A stretch of 64,000 nucleotides of DNA, taken from the NCBI RefSeq assembly GCF_001194135.2, contig NC_069001.1, positions 6,240,717 through 6,304,716 of the forward strand, in the 5' to 3' direction. A program made the position numbers and the translations under genes. Source of the stretch: Octopus bimaculoides (Eukaryota). The notes below the pieces were generated by a model. It ran no database searches, was not told where the DNA came from, and worked only from the letters and a program-made list of their open reading frames with translations. Shown piece after piece: positions 23,985 through 37,337 of the stretch (position 1 is its first letter; every line of letters begins with the position of its first letter).

Positions 23985-24094
23985 ATACATTAATATACAT
24001 ACATACACTGGCATGCACACATACACTCGTTGGCATACACTCACTATTTTCATCTATTTTAATCTTTTTTACACACACAGGCATAAGCATACAG

Positions 24095-24135
<41 letters not shown>

Positions 24136-24330
24136 CACGCACGCAAACACATACACACCTTAATATACATACGTATATACATACATTCATACATACACTG
24201 GAATACATACACACACTCATTGATATATACTCACTGTTTTTATTTTCCATTTTAATCTTTTTTGCACACACAGACACACACATACACGCACACACACGCA
24301 CACACACACATACATACATACGCACGTTTT
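23985..24330. repeat. Diverged ~190-bp tandem duplication embedded in (CA)n
   Basis: atacactgg..atacactcact..ttttaatcttttt..cacacacag occurs at ~24002-24080 and ~24192-24275. Confidence 0.7.
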
Positions 24331-24529
24331 CATCGCTCCCCCCCCCCCAATCCAAACTCTGTAATGATCCCGTATTTCAGAGGTAGTCATGATTTGCTGT
24401 GAAGTTCACACCGCTCTAGCAGAAAGTCCAAAACTGAATCGTGGACTCGGCTTCTTGAAAGAATATTCCCGATTAGCCATCAGTTAATCAGTTTTTACAT
24501 TATAAATTCTAATTCTTTTAGGAGTAATG

Positions 24530-24700
24530 ACATGATTAGTTAGCTCTAGGTCAGCAATGATCGAGAATCAAAATAAGATGCAGTCACGATTGTTAAGCAA
24601 TCTAAGACTAAAGTATCCCATGTATCCTACATTTTTTAAAGCGATTTGCGGAGATTTAGTTGCTTTTTCTAGCAGGACATGTGACCTCGTAGAGAACCAG
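24530..24700 (-). mobile_element. Family E repeat
   Basis: ctctaggtcagcaatgatcgag..gcgatttgcggagatttagttgctttttctagcagg. Confidence 0.55.
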
Positions 24701-27700
24701 ACAGAAATAAGTTGTAGGATCGATATGGCAGATCCAATCTTTCCAGCGGTGCACTAACTTGGCAGCAATCTAATGACTGAATGTTGTAAATGTATAAAAA
24801 AAAATAATGTATAAAAAAAGTAAAATATGTAAGGCTTGTGTTTATGGCTTTCATCTGTAAGTATGTCATCATTTTATTCTACCATAGAACTTTGTCTGAG
24901 ACTAGTGTAATAAAGCTTAGGAGTGATATACGGAATGGCGTGCTCAGAAAATTCTTAACTATTCAAAATCCTAGCGTCAGTTGTTAGCAACGTTCAAATA
25001 AAAGGGGAGACAATTTCAAGAAATTAAGAACTGAACTCTCAGAAGGAAATTCTAATCTTTGCTTGCAGTTAATGGGGACAAATGTGAATATTTTCTGGTC
25101 TATCAAACCTGTTTTTAGTGTGACTAAGCTTACTCATACATTTTTACATATAGGAAGTAACAAATAATATTTGGCCAATAGCAGATTGTGTATACCACAT
25201 TGACTATTTTCTAAACTAGCATATACATTTTATCTGAGAATTATACTTGAATCGCAATTACTTTGAACTCAATACTTCAAACACACACACACACGCAATC
25301 ACTCACATACATACATAAAGAGAGAGAGGGAGAGAGAGAGAGCGGGTGAAAGAGAGGACGTGCACTTCGCAATAGGTTTTAGTTGCCATAATTACTTAGT
25401 TCTAAACAAGTAGATTTATTATCACTTTTCTTTCTTCGCGTTTGTTTGTCTATCCCGTTCTGTAAAGACCCTCCAGCAAATAACAGCAAATAGAAAGGGC
25501 GGGGGGTGAGGGAGCACATTATTGAATGCTCAAGGTTATTGTGTTTCCGCTTTAGGAAATTGTAAAATAGAATAACTACCACTTTCACCACCACCCAATC
25601 TCTCACTACCACTACTCTATCACTTAAAATAGTACAAAAAAGAAAAAAAAATCACATCAATAATATGGCATTCAGGTTTAAGAAATTTCAAACTTTATTC
25701 CAATTAAGAGAACTGACGGAATTTATAGGTGGATCTGAGAGATGTTTTAAATGTAATAAATCAAGAGAAATTTAGTTACGTGCTTCTGCCATATATTTCC
25801 AGTTTTCTATTTCATTCTAATCAATTTTCTTCTTTTACTTATTAATATGTTTTTCTTTTTCTATATATTCTTATCTTACACTTTTGTTGATCTGTTTTGT
25901 TTTTGACTTTTATTGGAGCTCTTTTTAAGTAACAGAACTGAAAATCTAGAACAACAAAATGTAGTTTATTAAAATGGTTCTGCCAATTAACAGTAGCGGT
26001 GTGGTATTTTAAATTCTGAAATTTTAATTGTCGATATCAAACGCCCCTCTCCATCGCCTCCTCGTTCTCTCTTCCTTACTGAGTTCTTTCTGTATTACCC
26101 CCCTCACACAGTTGCATACTCACACGCACACTTATATTTATTTATTTATTTATTTATTTATTTATGTGTTTCAGCCAAGTGGCTGCGGTCATGCTGGTGC
26201 ACCATGCATACTTATACATACACGTGAATAATTATTCTTAGTTTTCTGTGCTTTTTACAAAATAAAATCTGCAGTAACATGCATCGATGTTTAGTTAATC
26301 CGATATTAATCAGAAGGGAGAATTATGTAACATTTATATTTCACGTATAATCATTTTATCACAACACGAGAATCTTAAAAACTCGGTTGCCCAAGACAAA
26401 ACTGCTTATGTCCCTTCTTCCTGCCAGACGAATGAGTACGTAAGCATTCTATTGCATTTCGAAAGCCATGCAGTTTTATTTTCATAGCTTGCAGATTTCA
26501 CTTGCGTGTTTCTAACACAATGGCTACTATAATGCAACCCTGCAGCCTTGGCTGGATGTTTTCCTCATGACAATATTTTACAATATCTAGTTTTGGTTCT
26601 TAACCAATTGCTTTATTCCTTTTGTGACCATTTTAATTTAAACATATACACTTTATAATGAATCAGACTTGAAATATATACTGGGATTGGTATGACTCGC
26701 TAAATAAACTTGTGGTAGGCAGTTCCCCACCATGGTCATACTGAAACCAGTAAAAGAAAATAAGTAACCCTTAGCCATATCTGTTTCGGTTCTCTCTCCC
26801 TCCCCCTCTCCCTCTCTCGTAAGTAAATAAAATTAATTTATTATCAGCATATATTTACAGGAAGAAAAGAAAAAAAAATTAAAAGTATAAAAGATCAAAT
26901 TATCGAGAAAAAAGCGAAACTCATATCTATCTCACCAAGGAAACAAAGAAACAGAAAATAAAGGGGTGGATTAAGCAGTAGAAGATGGCAACGAAGGGAG
27001 TAACGGGTTGTAAACCCCAGACCAAATGGCGTGTTCAGCCGCGCCAAGCGAAAATGATTGCATGTCCTCTGCATTCCAGAGTCACGTTATGTGATGAAGC
27101 TAACTTTAGCTAAATGGCTCCGGACAGTGGACAGGTGGCTTGAATTACTAGTTCTGCCTTGTCTTCTGGCCTTATCATCGTTCTCAAAGACCGGCTACTT
27201 CAATATGCCATGACCCGGTCGAGAGAGTACAACTACTATACATCGGATTTTTTATCTCTATTATTTTAATTGCGTGCTTGTATGTGCGCGCATTGGACTG
27301 TATATGTTTGAGCTTCTAATTCTGTTTAATTATCATGTTGTCTCCATACACGCACACACACACACACATTCTATTTCAGCCGAAAAAAACTTCGCAAAGT
27401 GTTACTCAATGTTTCACGTAACCGTTCATCAGTCAGTTGTGATAATTTTTTTATGAATAAGAAATTTTTTATGAATTGTGAATGTAAGCCATTTCGAGTA
27501 CTATTTCTTCCACCTTGCTTTGCACTTATTTGCTTACACGTGTACACACACATTTTGGAAAACATTGCTAGGGCGTTTACATGCTCCTTGCCTTCGTTAC
27601 TGTGATACATATTTCTTCCTTATTTTCAAATACGAACAAAATTTAACATAGCGCCTACTGAAACAAATATACGAATTCAAAGAAAGCTATCCAGATAACC

Positions 27701-28385
27701 ATTTTCTCTGCCTTCCATTTTAAAGCGGTGGGATGAGACCAGGGAAACATTTTGTTGCGATTTCTAGTAGACGAAACAGCCATATAGGGGCTTCTTCTCA
27801 TTAGGTCGTCATTGAAATGTTTCAGTCCTAGGTAAGAGCTAACACTATCATTTAGAATATCCTTTCCTATGTGTCTGATTAATTTATCTACTGGCTCAAA
27901 TAAAAGGATTACTGTTAAGTCCCTCATTATCCGAGATTTCTTCATCTCTAAAGGACAGATTGCTTAACAGCTTGCTGCTTTAACGAGATCATGTTATAAG
28001 GTCGATTGAACACGCTGTTGTGTTGTCAAAGGATCAAATGAATCAACCTTTTCCCAAACAACCTCGAAGTTGCAGGTCAACGTAGCACAGTCACGTGTCA
28101 AAAATTAACCGAATTTAGTTGAATGAGACGACAATTTTGAGATTGAAGTAGGTCAATATCTGCACAAAATAGATCAATGGAATGTTTGATCAACCATGAT
28201 AAATAATTATAGGTTCTAACCCAAAACATGTTTGTAGAGAAAATACACCATATCTCTCAGGGGATGGAAGGATTATCTACTTTCTTTCTTTCTGTCTTTC
28301 TTTCTTGCTTGCTTGCTTTCTTTCCTTGTTTCTTTCTTTCACTCATTCATTATTTCTTCTTCTTCTTCTTCTTCTTCTTCTTCTT

Positions 28386-28421
<36 letters not shown>

Positions 28422-28849
28422 ATAGCAGTATCGACGAAGCGTTGAAGATCGCCAGCAACAACAGCAACGCCTACAGTAAGGGTGACAACAACAACANNNN
28501 NNNNNNNNNNNNNNNNNNNNNNNNNNNNNNNNNNNNNNNNNNNNNNNNNNNNNNNNNNNNNNNNNNNNNNNNNNNNNNNNNNNNNNNNNNNNNNNNNNNN
28601 NNNNNNNNNNNNNNNNNNNNNNNNNNNNNNNNNNNNNNNNNNNNNNNNNNNNNNNNNNNNNNNNNNNNNNNNNNNNNNNNNNNNNNNNNNNNNNNNNNNN
28701 NNNNNNNNNNNNNNNNNNNNNNNNNNNNNTCACTAAATTCAATTTTTTCAGTCATTGGCTAAGTAGAAGCTTTTCTTACCGTCGCTTAAGCATGGCATTC
28801 TAGAACCCCTTTTTAAGCTTATAATTTAACCTCTTTACAGTTTCTGTTT

Positions 28850-28850
28850 G

Positions 28851-28901
<51 letters not shown>
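28850..28901. repeat. (CT)n microsatellite
   Basis: Direct reading. Confidence 0.95.
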
Positions 28902-28904
<3 letters not shown>

Positions 28905-29029
28905 AACGATGTCTCATTTCAGCGTTTGCTTTGTATTTTTAGTTTCTTTGAAGACAGAAAATAATACTGTTGTTCTTGTTTCAAAGCTATTTGTATTAAT
29001 TTTCCATTTCTTTTTTTTTTTAGTCTGAA

Positions 29030-30330
29030 TGAATATTCTATAATAGTTTTTGGTTGCATATGGCTCCATCGCCCTATATTTGTGACAAATATAATTTCTG
29101 TACGTCAAATTTTGGGTAGTGTACTTAAGATGCTGTCATTGTTTTTCTTGTATTTTATGTCTGGGTCTTGCTAGTTTGTTTAGAGCTCAGTTGCTTATTG
29201 CTCGCACAGCTGCAATATTGTTGCATATTAACTTATTTTTTGCATCTAGCTCTATTTTAAGCATGGATCTCAAGCACCCATAACATTCATTCCTAATCTA
29301 CTCTTTAATATGTGTGTTGTACATTGGCTTATAAATACACGTTTTTATAAGCGTTTGTATGCCTGTATTTAGTTTAATTCACTTGTGTTTTTACTGCTCT
29401 TCAAAGTTACCCAAAAGTTTTTTTCTAATCCGAATTCTCTCTTAAATTCAAGAACTTTGAGTAATAGTGTTTCTAGTAGGTTACCATTTGCAGCATACAA
29501 TTAAGGTCATGCACATACAAATAATGCTTGATAATCTTACCATAGCTTTTGTATCTGAATCCAGATCTATTTAATATGTTAATTGAAGGCGTCAACACTT
29601 AACAGAAAAGTTAAGGACGCAGTATGTCCCGTTGGAATATTCTTTTTCTCCCGGGAAAGAATTTTGTTTTATAATCTCTTTTGTTTGTATCTGCAAAATT
29701 GTTTACTACTTATTATATACTTTATCAATCTACTGGTACTACTTTACACATAACTAGTATTCCTCCCAGGATCCGTGTGTGCGAAAAACTGTCAAAAGCC
29801 TTTTGGTGGTTAATCTATGCCATGCTCAAATTTTTCTCAATACAGCTGTCTTCGGTTATTGTTTTGTTGATCAGTAATTGATCTTTACAAACATAGTGGT
29901 CTTTGCAGCACCCCTTCGACTCTTCTGGAAACAAACTGACTTATTTGTTAGGTGTTTACTCTCTACAATATTATTGCAGTTAAGTTTTCTAGGTTATAGA
30001 AAGGCAGATTATGGGTCTGTAGTTTTAAAGGTTTGCTGTTTCTTTAGTTTTGTGGATTAAGGTAGTTTCTCTCTTCAGCGATCCAATCAGCTATTGCCAT
30101 CACCTCCTCAGTATCTCATTAAACTTCTCCGTGAAGCACTTTATGTGTTCCGAATAAATATTTTAACTAGAGGTTTGGAATGTTATCAAGTTCTCGTGCT
30201 TTTATTTTTGTTCTTATGGCCTTCCTTGATTCTTCAAATGATGGCGTCCGTAGTTTTGGGCAACCTTTTATGTAGTGATTTCTTCATTGTGCATTTCCTC
30301 CTACCAAACACTTCTACCTTTTTTTGCTGT
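29030..30330 (-). pseudogene. Non-LTR retrotransposon RT fossil, R4/Dong-like
   Basis: Minus-strand translation: TTLIHKTKETANL*NYRPIICLS, PEESKGCCKDHYVCKDQLLINKTITEDSCIEKNLSMA*INHQKAFDSFSH (cf. NLSMAWIDYKKAFDSVPH), RIFQRD (cf. GIFQGD), HYLYVHDL (YMDD site), HYPKFDVQKLYLS. Confidence 0.85.
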
Positions 30331-30394
30331 TGATGCTATATTGACTTCCATTCTATTTTGAAAGAGGTTTCTATAAAACTAGATTTTAAACATC

Positions 30395-30470
30395 GAATGG
30401 CTATGGGGGCCCACCAGAATAAAATAGTAATGGAAGGGGTCCATAGATAAAAAGAGATTTAGAACCCCTG
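30395..30470. mobile_element. Probable hAT/Charlie-type MITE end
   Basis: Ends ggggtccatagataaaaagagatttagaacccctg (reverse complement CAGGGGTTCT.., a typical hAT TIR start); partner TIR not found. Confidence 0.35.
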
Positions 30471-30482
30471 ATCATGACCATC

Positions 30483-30685
30483 AAGGCGGCGAGCTGGCAG
30501 AATCGTTAAGCACGCCGGGCAAAATGCTTTGCAGCATTTCGTCCATCTTCACATTCTAAGTTCAAATCCCGCTAGGTCGACTTTGTCTTTCATCCTTTCA
30601 GGGTCGATAAAATAAGTGTCATTTGATCACTGGAGTTGATGTAATCGACTTAAATTTGCTGTCCTTGTGCCAAAATTTGAAGCCA
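30483..30685 (+). mobile_element. SINE family A, full length
   Basis: aaggcggcgagctggcagaatcg..ttcaaatcccgc..ctttcagggtcgataaaataag..ccttgtgccaaaatttgaagcc. Confidence 0.9.
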
Positions 30686-30850
<165 letters not shown>

Positions 30851-32030
30851 CAGCAGCAAAAGTTGCGATGGCGGTGGTTTTATCTTCAAGGAAAGCACTA
30901 GTAGTTGTAGTATGCTCATCATATTACTATCAATGATAAAGGCAATATTATCATCATGTGCTGTAAGACAGCGAAATAATGCTGCACTGATTGCATCGTC
31001 TGACGGAGTGCGACTATTATTAGAGAAAGCCATAGAATTGCTACTGTGTCATCTCAGTAGAGAAAGGTCAAACAATGCTTACATACTGTTTATAGTCTTA
31101 ACAACTAGCGCTGTAGTATTGATGTCACTGAAGCTTCAGACACACGCGCCATACAGGCACATACACACTTAAACAGTCGTATATTCCCGCTACACACACA
31201 TACTACCATATATAGAGATATATAAAGGAAAGAGATATGTTTTATTTATGGCTGTATATGTTATGTTATTGTGTGCGCATACGTCTGTAAAGGTACGCAT
31301 ACATCTANNNNNNNNNNNNNNNNNNNNNNNNNNNNNNNNNNNNNNNNNNNNNNNNNNNNNNNNNNNNNNNNNNNNNNNNNNNNNNNNNNNNNNNNNNNNN
31401 NNNNNNNNNNNNNNNNNNNNNNNNNNNNNNNNNNNNNNNNNNNNNNNNNNNNNNNNNNNNNNNNNNNNNNNNNNNNNNNNNNNNNNNNNNNNNNNNNNNN
31501 NNNNNNNNNNNNNNNNNNNNNNNNNNNNNNNNNNNNNNNNNNNNNNNNNNNNNNNNNNNNNNNNNNNNNNNNNNNNNNNNNNNNNNNNNNNNNNNNNNNN
31601 NNNNNNNNNNNNNNNNNNNNNNNNNNNNNNNNNNNNNNNNNNNNNNNNNNNNNNNNNNNNNNNNNNNNNNNNNNNNNNNNNNNNNNNNNNNNNNNNNNNN
31701 NNNNNNNNNNNNNNNNNNNNNNNNNNNNNNNNNNNNNNNNNNNNNNNNNNNNNNNNNNNNNNNNNNNNNNNNNNNNNNNNNNNNNNNNNNNNNNNNNNNN
31801 NNNNNNNNNNNNNNNNNNNNNNNNNNNNNNNNNNNNNNNNNNNNNNNNNNNNNNNNNNNNNNNNNNNNNNNNNNNNNNNNNNNNNNNNNNNNNNNNNNNN
31901 NNNNNNNNNNNNNNNNNNNNNNNNNNNNNNNNNNNNNNNNNNNNNNNNNNNNNNNNNNNNNNNNNNNNNNNNNNNNNNNNNNNNNNNNNNNNNNNNTATA
32001 TATATATATATACACACATACATACATACA

Positions 32031-32063
<33 letters not shown>

Positions 32064-32113
32064 GTATACATAACTGAACAAAAGTAGTATGATTTGCAAT
32101 ATAGAAACAATGT

Positions 32114-32362
32114 AAAGCGGTGAGCTGGCTGAATCATTAGCACGCCGGGCAAAAAGCTTAGTGATATTTTGTCCATCTTTACGTTCAAATTCCGCCCAGA
32201 TCGAATTTGCCGTTCATCTTTTTCGATTGACTTTGCCTTTCATCCCTTTTCTTTAATCCTTTTGGGATCGATAAAATAAGCACCACTTGATCACTGGAGT
32301 CGATGTAATCAACATACACCCTCCCCACTAAATTGTTGGCCTTGTGCCGAAATTCGAAACCA
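32114..32362 (+). mobile_element. SINE family A with partial internal duplication
   Basis: Head gcggtgagctggctgaatc; two similar segments tcgaatttgccgttcatcttttt and ttgactttgcctttcatccct; tail gtgccgaaattcgaaacc. Confidence 0.85.
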
Positions 32363-32774
32363 GTATAGGAACACAGTAACAAATCTGGAAAAAATGCTTT
32401 TGACTAAATGAATCCTAAAAGTTCACTGATACTTTATTTCGTCAATCTAGGAATGTTTTAAAAAAATAAAACTGACCTCAGTGCAATTTAAACTCAGAAT
32501 GTAAAGAGCTAAGCATTTTGTCGATGTTTTAAGTGGTACGATATAACTCGGAAAAAAATGTTTAATCGCAAAATTGAAATATATATACACATATAGACGC
32601 TGAAGTTTGCTACAAAATCCGGCTTGAGCAAATTAATTGTGTATACTAGAAGTATGGCTTATAATTAAAAATCCTATTATTATATAGTTATAATAAAATT
32701 GTATAAAAAATTGTTGTAACATTTTGTGTTTTGCAGAAGTATAACCAGCTTATTGCGTAGGATGTTATACATCG

Positions 32775-33016
32775 CTGATCACACTGTGCTTTGCATCGTT
32801 GTAGCATTTGAATGATGCCACCCCGCTGGCTAGGCGAACAGGTTAACATTTCCCCTGATCGGAAAACTAGTCTGTATCAGGATTATCCATTTACAGCTGC
32901 ATGGACTGGAGCAATGCGAAATGAAGTATTTTGCTCAAGACGCAGTTGCTGTGGGAACTGAATTCTCAATCTCATGATCGTGAGTGCAACACTCTAACCA
33001 CTAGACCACGCGTCTT
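32775..33016 (-). mobile_element. SINE family C (tRNA-like head)
   Basis: Reverse complement begins aagacgcgtggtctagtggttagagtgttgcactcacgatc (A-box TGGTCTAGTGG); body shares ttgagcaaaa..cttcatttc..ttgctccagtcca with 44148. Confidence 0.8.
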
Positions 33017-34096
33017 TACAAAAGGATAATAGCTAAGTTTAAATTGATGTAGGCAATGCATGAAAGTGAGTCTCATCTGTGTTAGTATGGTGACAACTGT
33101 AGGCATATTTTAATTGTATTAAACCTCTTCAGGAAACCAAAATGTTATCAGTATTTGCCAAAATTTGATTAGAGTTTTAGATAGTCCACTCTCAGTTATT
33201 CATTCTTTTAAGTGTAATGTATTGAGAAGGTAGAAATAAAAAATCAGTATGGCTGAATTATAAGGACAGGTGCCTTATTTTCAACTGTCATTTTGTGCAA
33301 ACTTTAGCTCTATTGTATCGCTTCATTGTGTGAATATGTCAATCCGTGTTGATAGTCTGACGGAGTCTGTTTGTCATTTCATCAGTGTCAAACAAATTAT
33401 AAACAATGTATTTCTGACCTACATATATTGACTTAAGGTCGATACGGACTCTAGACTCTCTTAGCAACGTGACACTTCACTACCTGTCCCAGGAATAGAA
33501 CTCAAAGGCGCGCGCGCACTCTCTCTCTCCTTCAGACACAGATACACATACACACACTCTTCAAATGTCACAAGTGTGTTCTGGACATATTTCCGTTCTA
33601 CTTAAAGGTATCAACAACAGGTTATATATANNNNNNNNNNNNNNNNNNNNNNNNNNNNNNNNNNNNNNNNNNNNNNNNNNNNNNNNNNNNNNNNNNNNNN
33701 NNNNNNNNNNNNNNNNNNNNNNNNNNNNNNNNNNNNNNNNNNNNNNNNNNNNNNNNNNNNNNNNNNNNNNNNNNNNNNNNNNNNNNNNNNNNNNNNNNNN
33801 GGCTAAAATTAAATTTACACAGCCACAATATATTTCCATAGATTTATAAGCTTAAAAAGATGATAGCGAAAAATATATGATTACTTTAAAACGCCAGCCA
33901 GCATGACGCAAATAGGAGATAGGAAGAAAAGAAAGAAAGAATTAGAATAGCAATAATAATGTGCATAATTTAATGAACAGACAGAAGTGAGCCTTAAAGG
34001 GACTTGCGGTAGATAGTGTCAAGAAGTCTAACGACCAGCATGCAACAAACACAAAAGGTGTGTAACTTCAGAAAGAGGTACAGAGCTTATTGAAAC

Positions 34097-34396
34097 CATG
34101 TTGGGGCACCGCCTTGAAGAACTTTTAGTCGAATGAATTGACCCCAGTACTTTTTTTCTTAACCCTGGTACTTATTTTATCGATCAGTATTGCCGAACCG
34201 CTAATTTGCGGGGACGTAAACACTCCAAAACCGCTTGTTAAGCGGTGATGGGGAACAAACACATGCACATAGATATATAGATAGATATACGATGGGCTTC
34301 TTTTCAGTTTCCGTCTACCAAATCCACTCACAAGGCTTTAGTCGGCCCGAGGCTGAAGTGGAAGACACTTGCCCAATGTGCCATGCTGTAAGACTG
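34097..34396 (-). mobile_element. SINE family B, both halves
   Basis: ggcaccgccttgaag..gccgaaccgctaa..ttcagtttccgtctaccaaatccactcacaaggcttt. Confidence 0.85.
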
Positions 34397-34460
34397 CACA
34401 CAGCCAAGCTTGCGCCTACATAGATACATACATACATACATACATACATACATACATACA

Positions 34461-34493
<33 letters not shown>

Positions 34494-37303
34494 GCACACA
34501 CGATCACACACAAGGACAGACATTTACCATTTTCTCTCTGTTCTACTTTGTTTTTGTTATTTTGTTTAACTTATTGATTTTTTTTATTACATCCCGCCAA
34601 CCTTATTCAGTATTTCCTCCTTCCATTTGATGGGTTCAGATTGTATTTAAAAAGAATACAAGAATATAAGAATAAGAACATTATATGATGTAATGTTTGA
34701 ATAGAACAAAAACAGGCTTGATGTTTATCGTATGTGAATTAGTTCTTCAGAAATTCTGGAAGAAAATGATGGTTTTGTGAGCAATGATAGATGAAGAAAT
34801 CTATTCTATTTCATATCTTATCTGTAATGACTGAGATCTAATTGATAAATCTTCAATAATATTAACGGTTATGATGTCCCTTGTAGTTCTGTACAGAAAG
34901 AATATTTTATCATGGTGTGCGCCTGCGCGCACACCCACACCAACACATGCACACACTCACACGCATATACACATGCAAGCAGATATATAAAAACACGCAG
35001 ACACACATGCATATACACACGCAAACGCACAAAGCGCGTTTAGACATAGTCACAAACACAGACATTTAATTTACACACACATAACATAGATATATGTCCA
35101 GACACTCACACACACACACACATATGTATATAAGTGTATATGAATATCTACATATAATATACGTATATATACTTTATATACATACATGGACATATATATG
35201 CGTATGTATACACACACATACACACATACACACACATTCATACACATATATCGTCTGTAGAATTATATATGCTTACATCATCGCTTATAGCTATAAATCA
35301 GAAGGCTGGACTCTGCAACGAACTTTAATAACAAATTGAATCACGTCTCTTATGTCACAGGGTAATGCATGAATACCACACAATCTCTAAAGTTTTCACT
35401 AATTTATACACTTGTTGCTAATTAAATAATGGATGTTATCTTGCCAACGAACAAGGACCCAAAGTGTTAGATTCTTCGTTCCCCGCTTCAGTCTTGCTTA
35501 CAAAAGCTTTTTTTAAAGCGATTATCTAATAATATCTTGACTTCTGGTCAGAGGCATATATATGTCTTTTTAGTAATTTAAATTTTTCCTACAAGAAAGA
35601 TCTGGTTTCTAGCAACGAAATAAAACTTCGTTGGAATTTTGATAAAAACAACTGTAGTATATCACATCTTGAATTTTATAAAAGTTTTACAGATATTTAC
35701 TCTTTCACCTACGTATTGTATTTGCAAAATTTGTTTTACCTGGTCACTCTCTTTGCTTGAAAACACCAGTTTCCGAGATAGCCAATAAGACATTTTGTAA
35801 TACAGACAAGTGCACCGACAGTTATGGGTACAAATGTAAATTTACTAAAGCGGAAAAGTTGTATGTTGGGAAGCAGTTGTCCATAAATAGTGTCCTTTTC
35901 ACTGATTTTTAACGAAATCTTCATATTTAGAAAGCAACATAACCTCTATAACAGTTCTTAATTTTTCTTTTATGCATTCGTACGAATGTATGTATTAGAA
36001 ACAAGGTTCTTCTGGTTTAAATTTAGACATAACTATATAGGCATATAAATATACAGATATGACTGTACGTTACTTCTGATTTGGAGATTTAGAGTACATT
36101 TTGACTGGTTACCTACAGAGTGGCAAGGTTGTAAAGAAACTAAATCTTGCCTTTCCGTGTTCCTTCATGAAATTATTCACTCTTTAAAATTCAATTTTTA
36201 TCCTCCTGGATATAGTAATAAATCTCTAGCGTAAGAATTACTGATCTAGCAAACTTGGTACATGACCTATTACTCCAATATAATGAATTTTCACTGAAAG
36301 AATATTTACTGAATTTACAAACTCTTCATCAGCTGTCCATTGACGCCTTCTTCTTCGGTATCTTTCTTATCAAACTGATGCCATGTAGGCAGCTGGTTTC
36401 TACATAAATTATAGTTTATTTCACTTTTCCAAACAATAATATAAACTGTTTAGTTACTGTTTAATTTCCAGATTCTACCATTTTTTTTATTCATCGGTTT
36501 CAGTTTATTCCTCGTTGTTATTTTTTCTTCGTCAGTGTCTTCAAGGCTGTTCTGGGTATTGCATCATGTCTCATGAAAGGGTACAATATATCCTCTTTGT
36601 GTTAATGAATTGCTAAGATTCTATATTGAAGCAACCCTAATTGTATTAATATATTACTGAGGTTCTGTATTCTATCACTACCCACCACGCTACTAAATGA
36701 TTGTAGTTGTTATCTAACATTAATCTAGCGGGCTATGGTTTTCATTGGTGGATCTGGGTGGGAGATTTCGATGGATGATGGAATAGAAGATTGATTATAA
36801 TGGTGGGCGTTATAAATAGATCAAATATCGATGAGAAAATGTGCGACCAAGAAAATATCGATAATACCCTAAAATGTGTAACTAGACATTGGTTGGCAAC
36901 AAGGAAATAAGTAATTACTGGTTGGTAAGGATCAGAGAATAGGAGTCTATACAAGAATACTGCAGTAATTATTATCTTGAATTAAATAGAAAAAAGGAAA
37001 GACGTAAAAAGGGAGGTTGGTGGTAAAATGGCCCTACAATTAAGTTTAATGAACACTTGACTTAACTGATTTAACTAGCATAATTAAGAAATATACTATT
37101 ATTTTTTTCTTTAATTTTAGTTCATATGCATACATACATACATACATACATACACGTCTGAATACATACATACATACATACATACATACATTTCCAAAAA
37201 TTTAGTACATAAATACATATGCATGCATCTAGACATGAAAATATATACGTAAAGACGCATCCATAAAACAAACATACAAATCTGCGCATACACTAACACC
37301 AAA

Positions 37304-37337
<34 letters not shown>

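Noticed and set aside
30912-31172. ORF with an ARM-like look (NAALIASSDGVRLLLEKAIELL)
   Set aside because: Continues in phase from a degenerate triplet tract; weak splice sites; resemblance is superficial.
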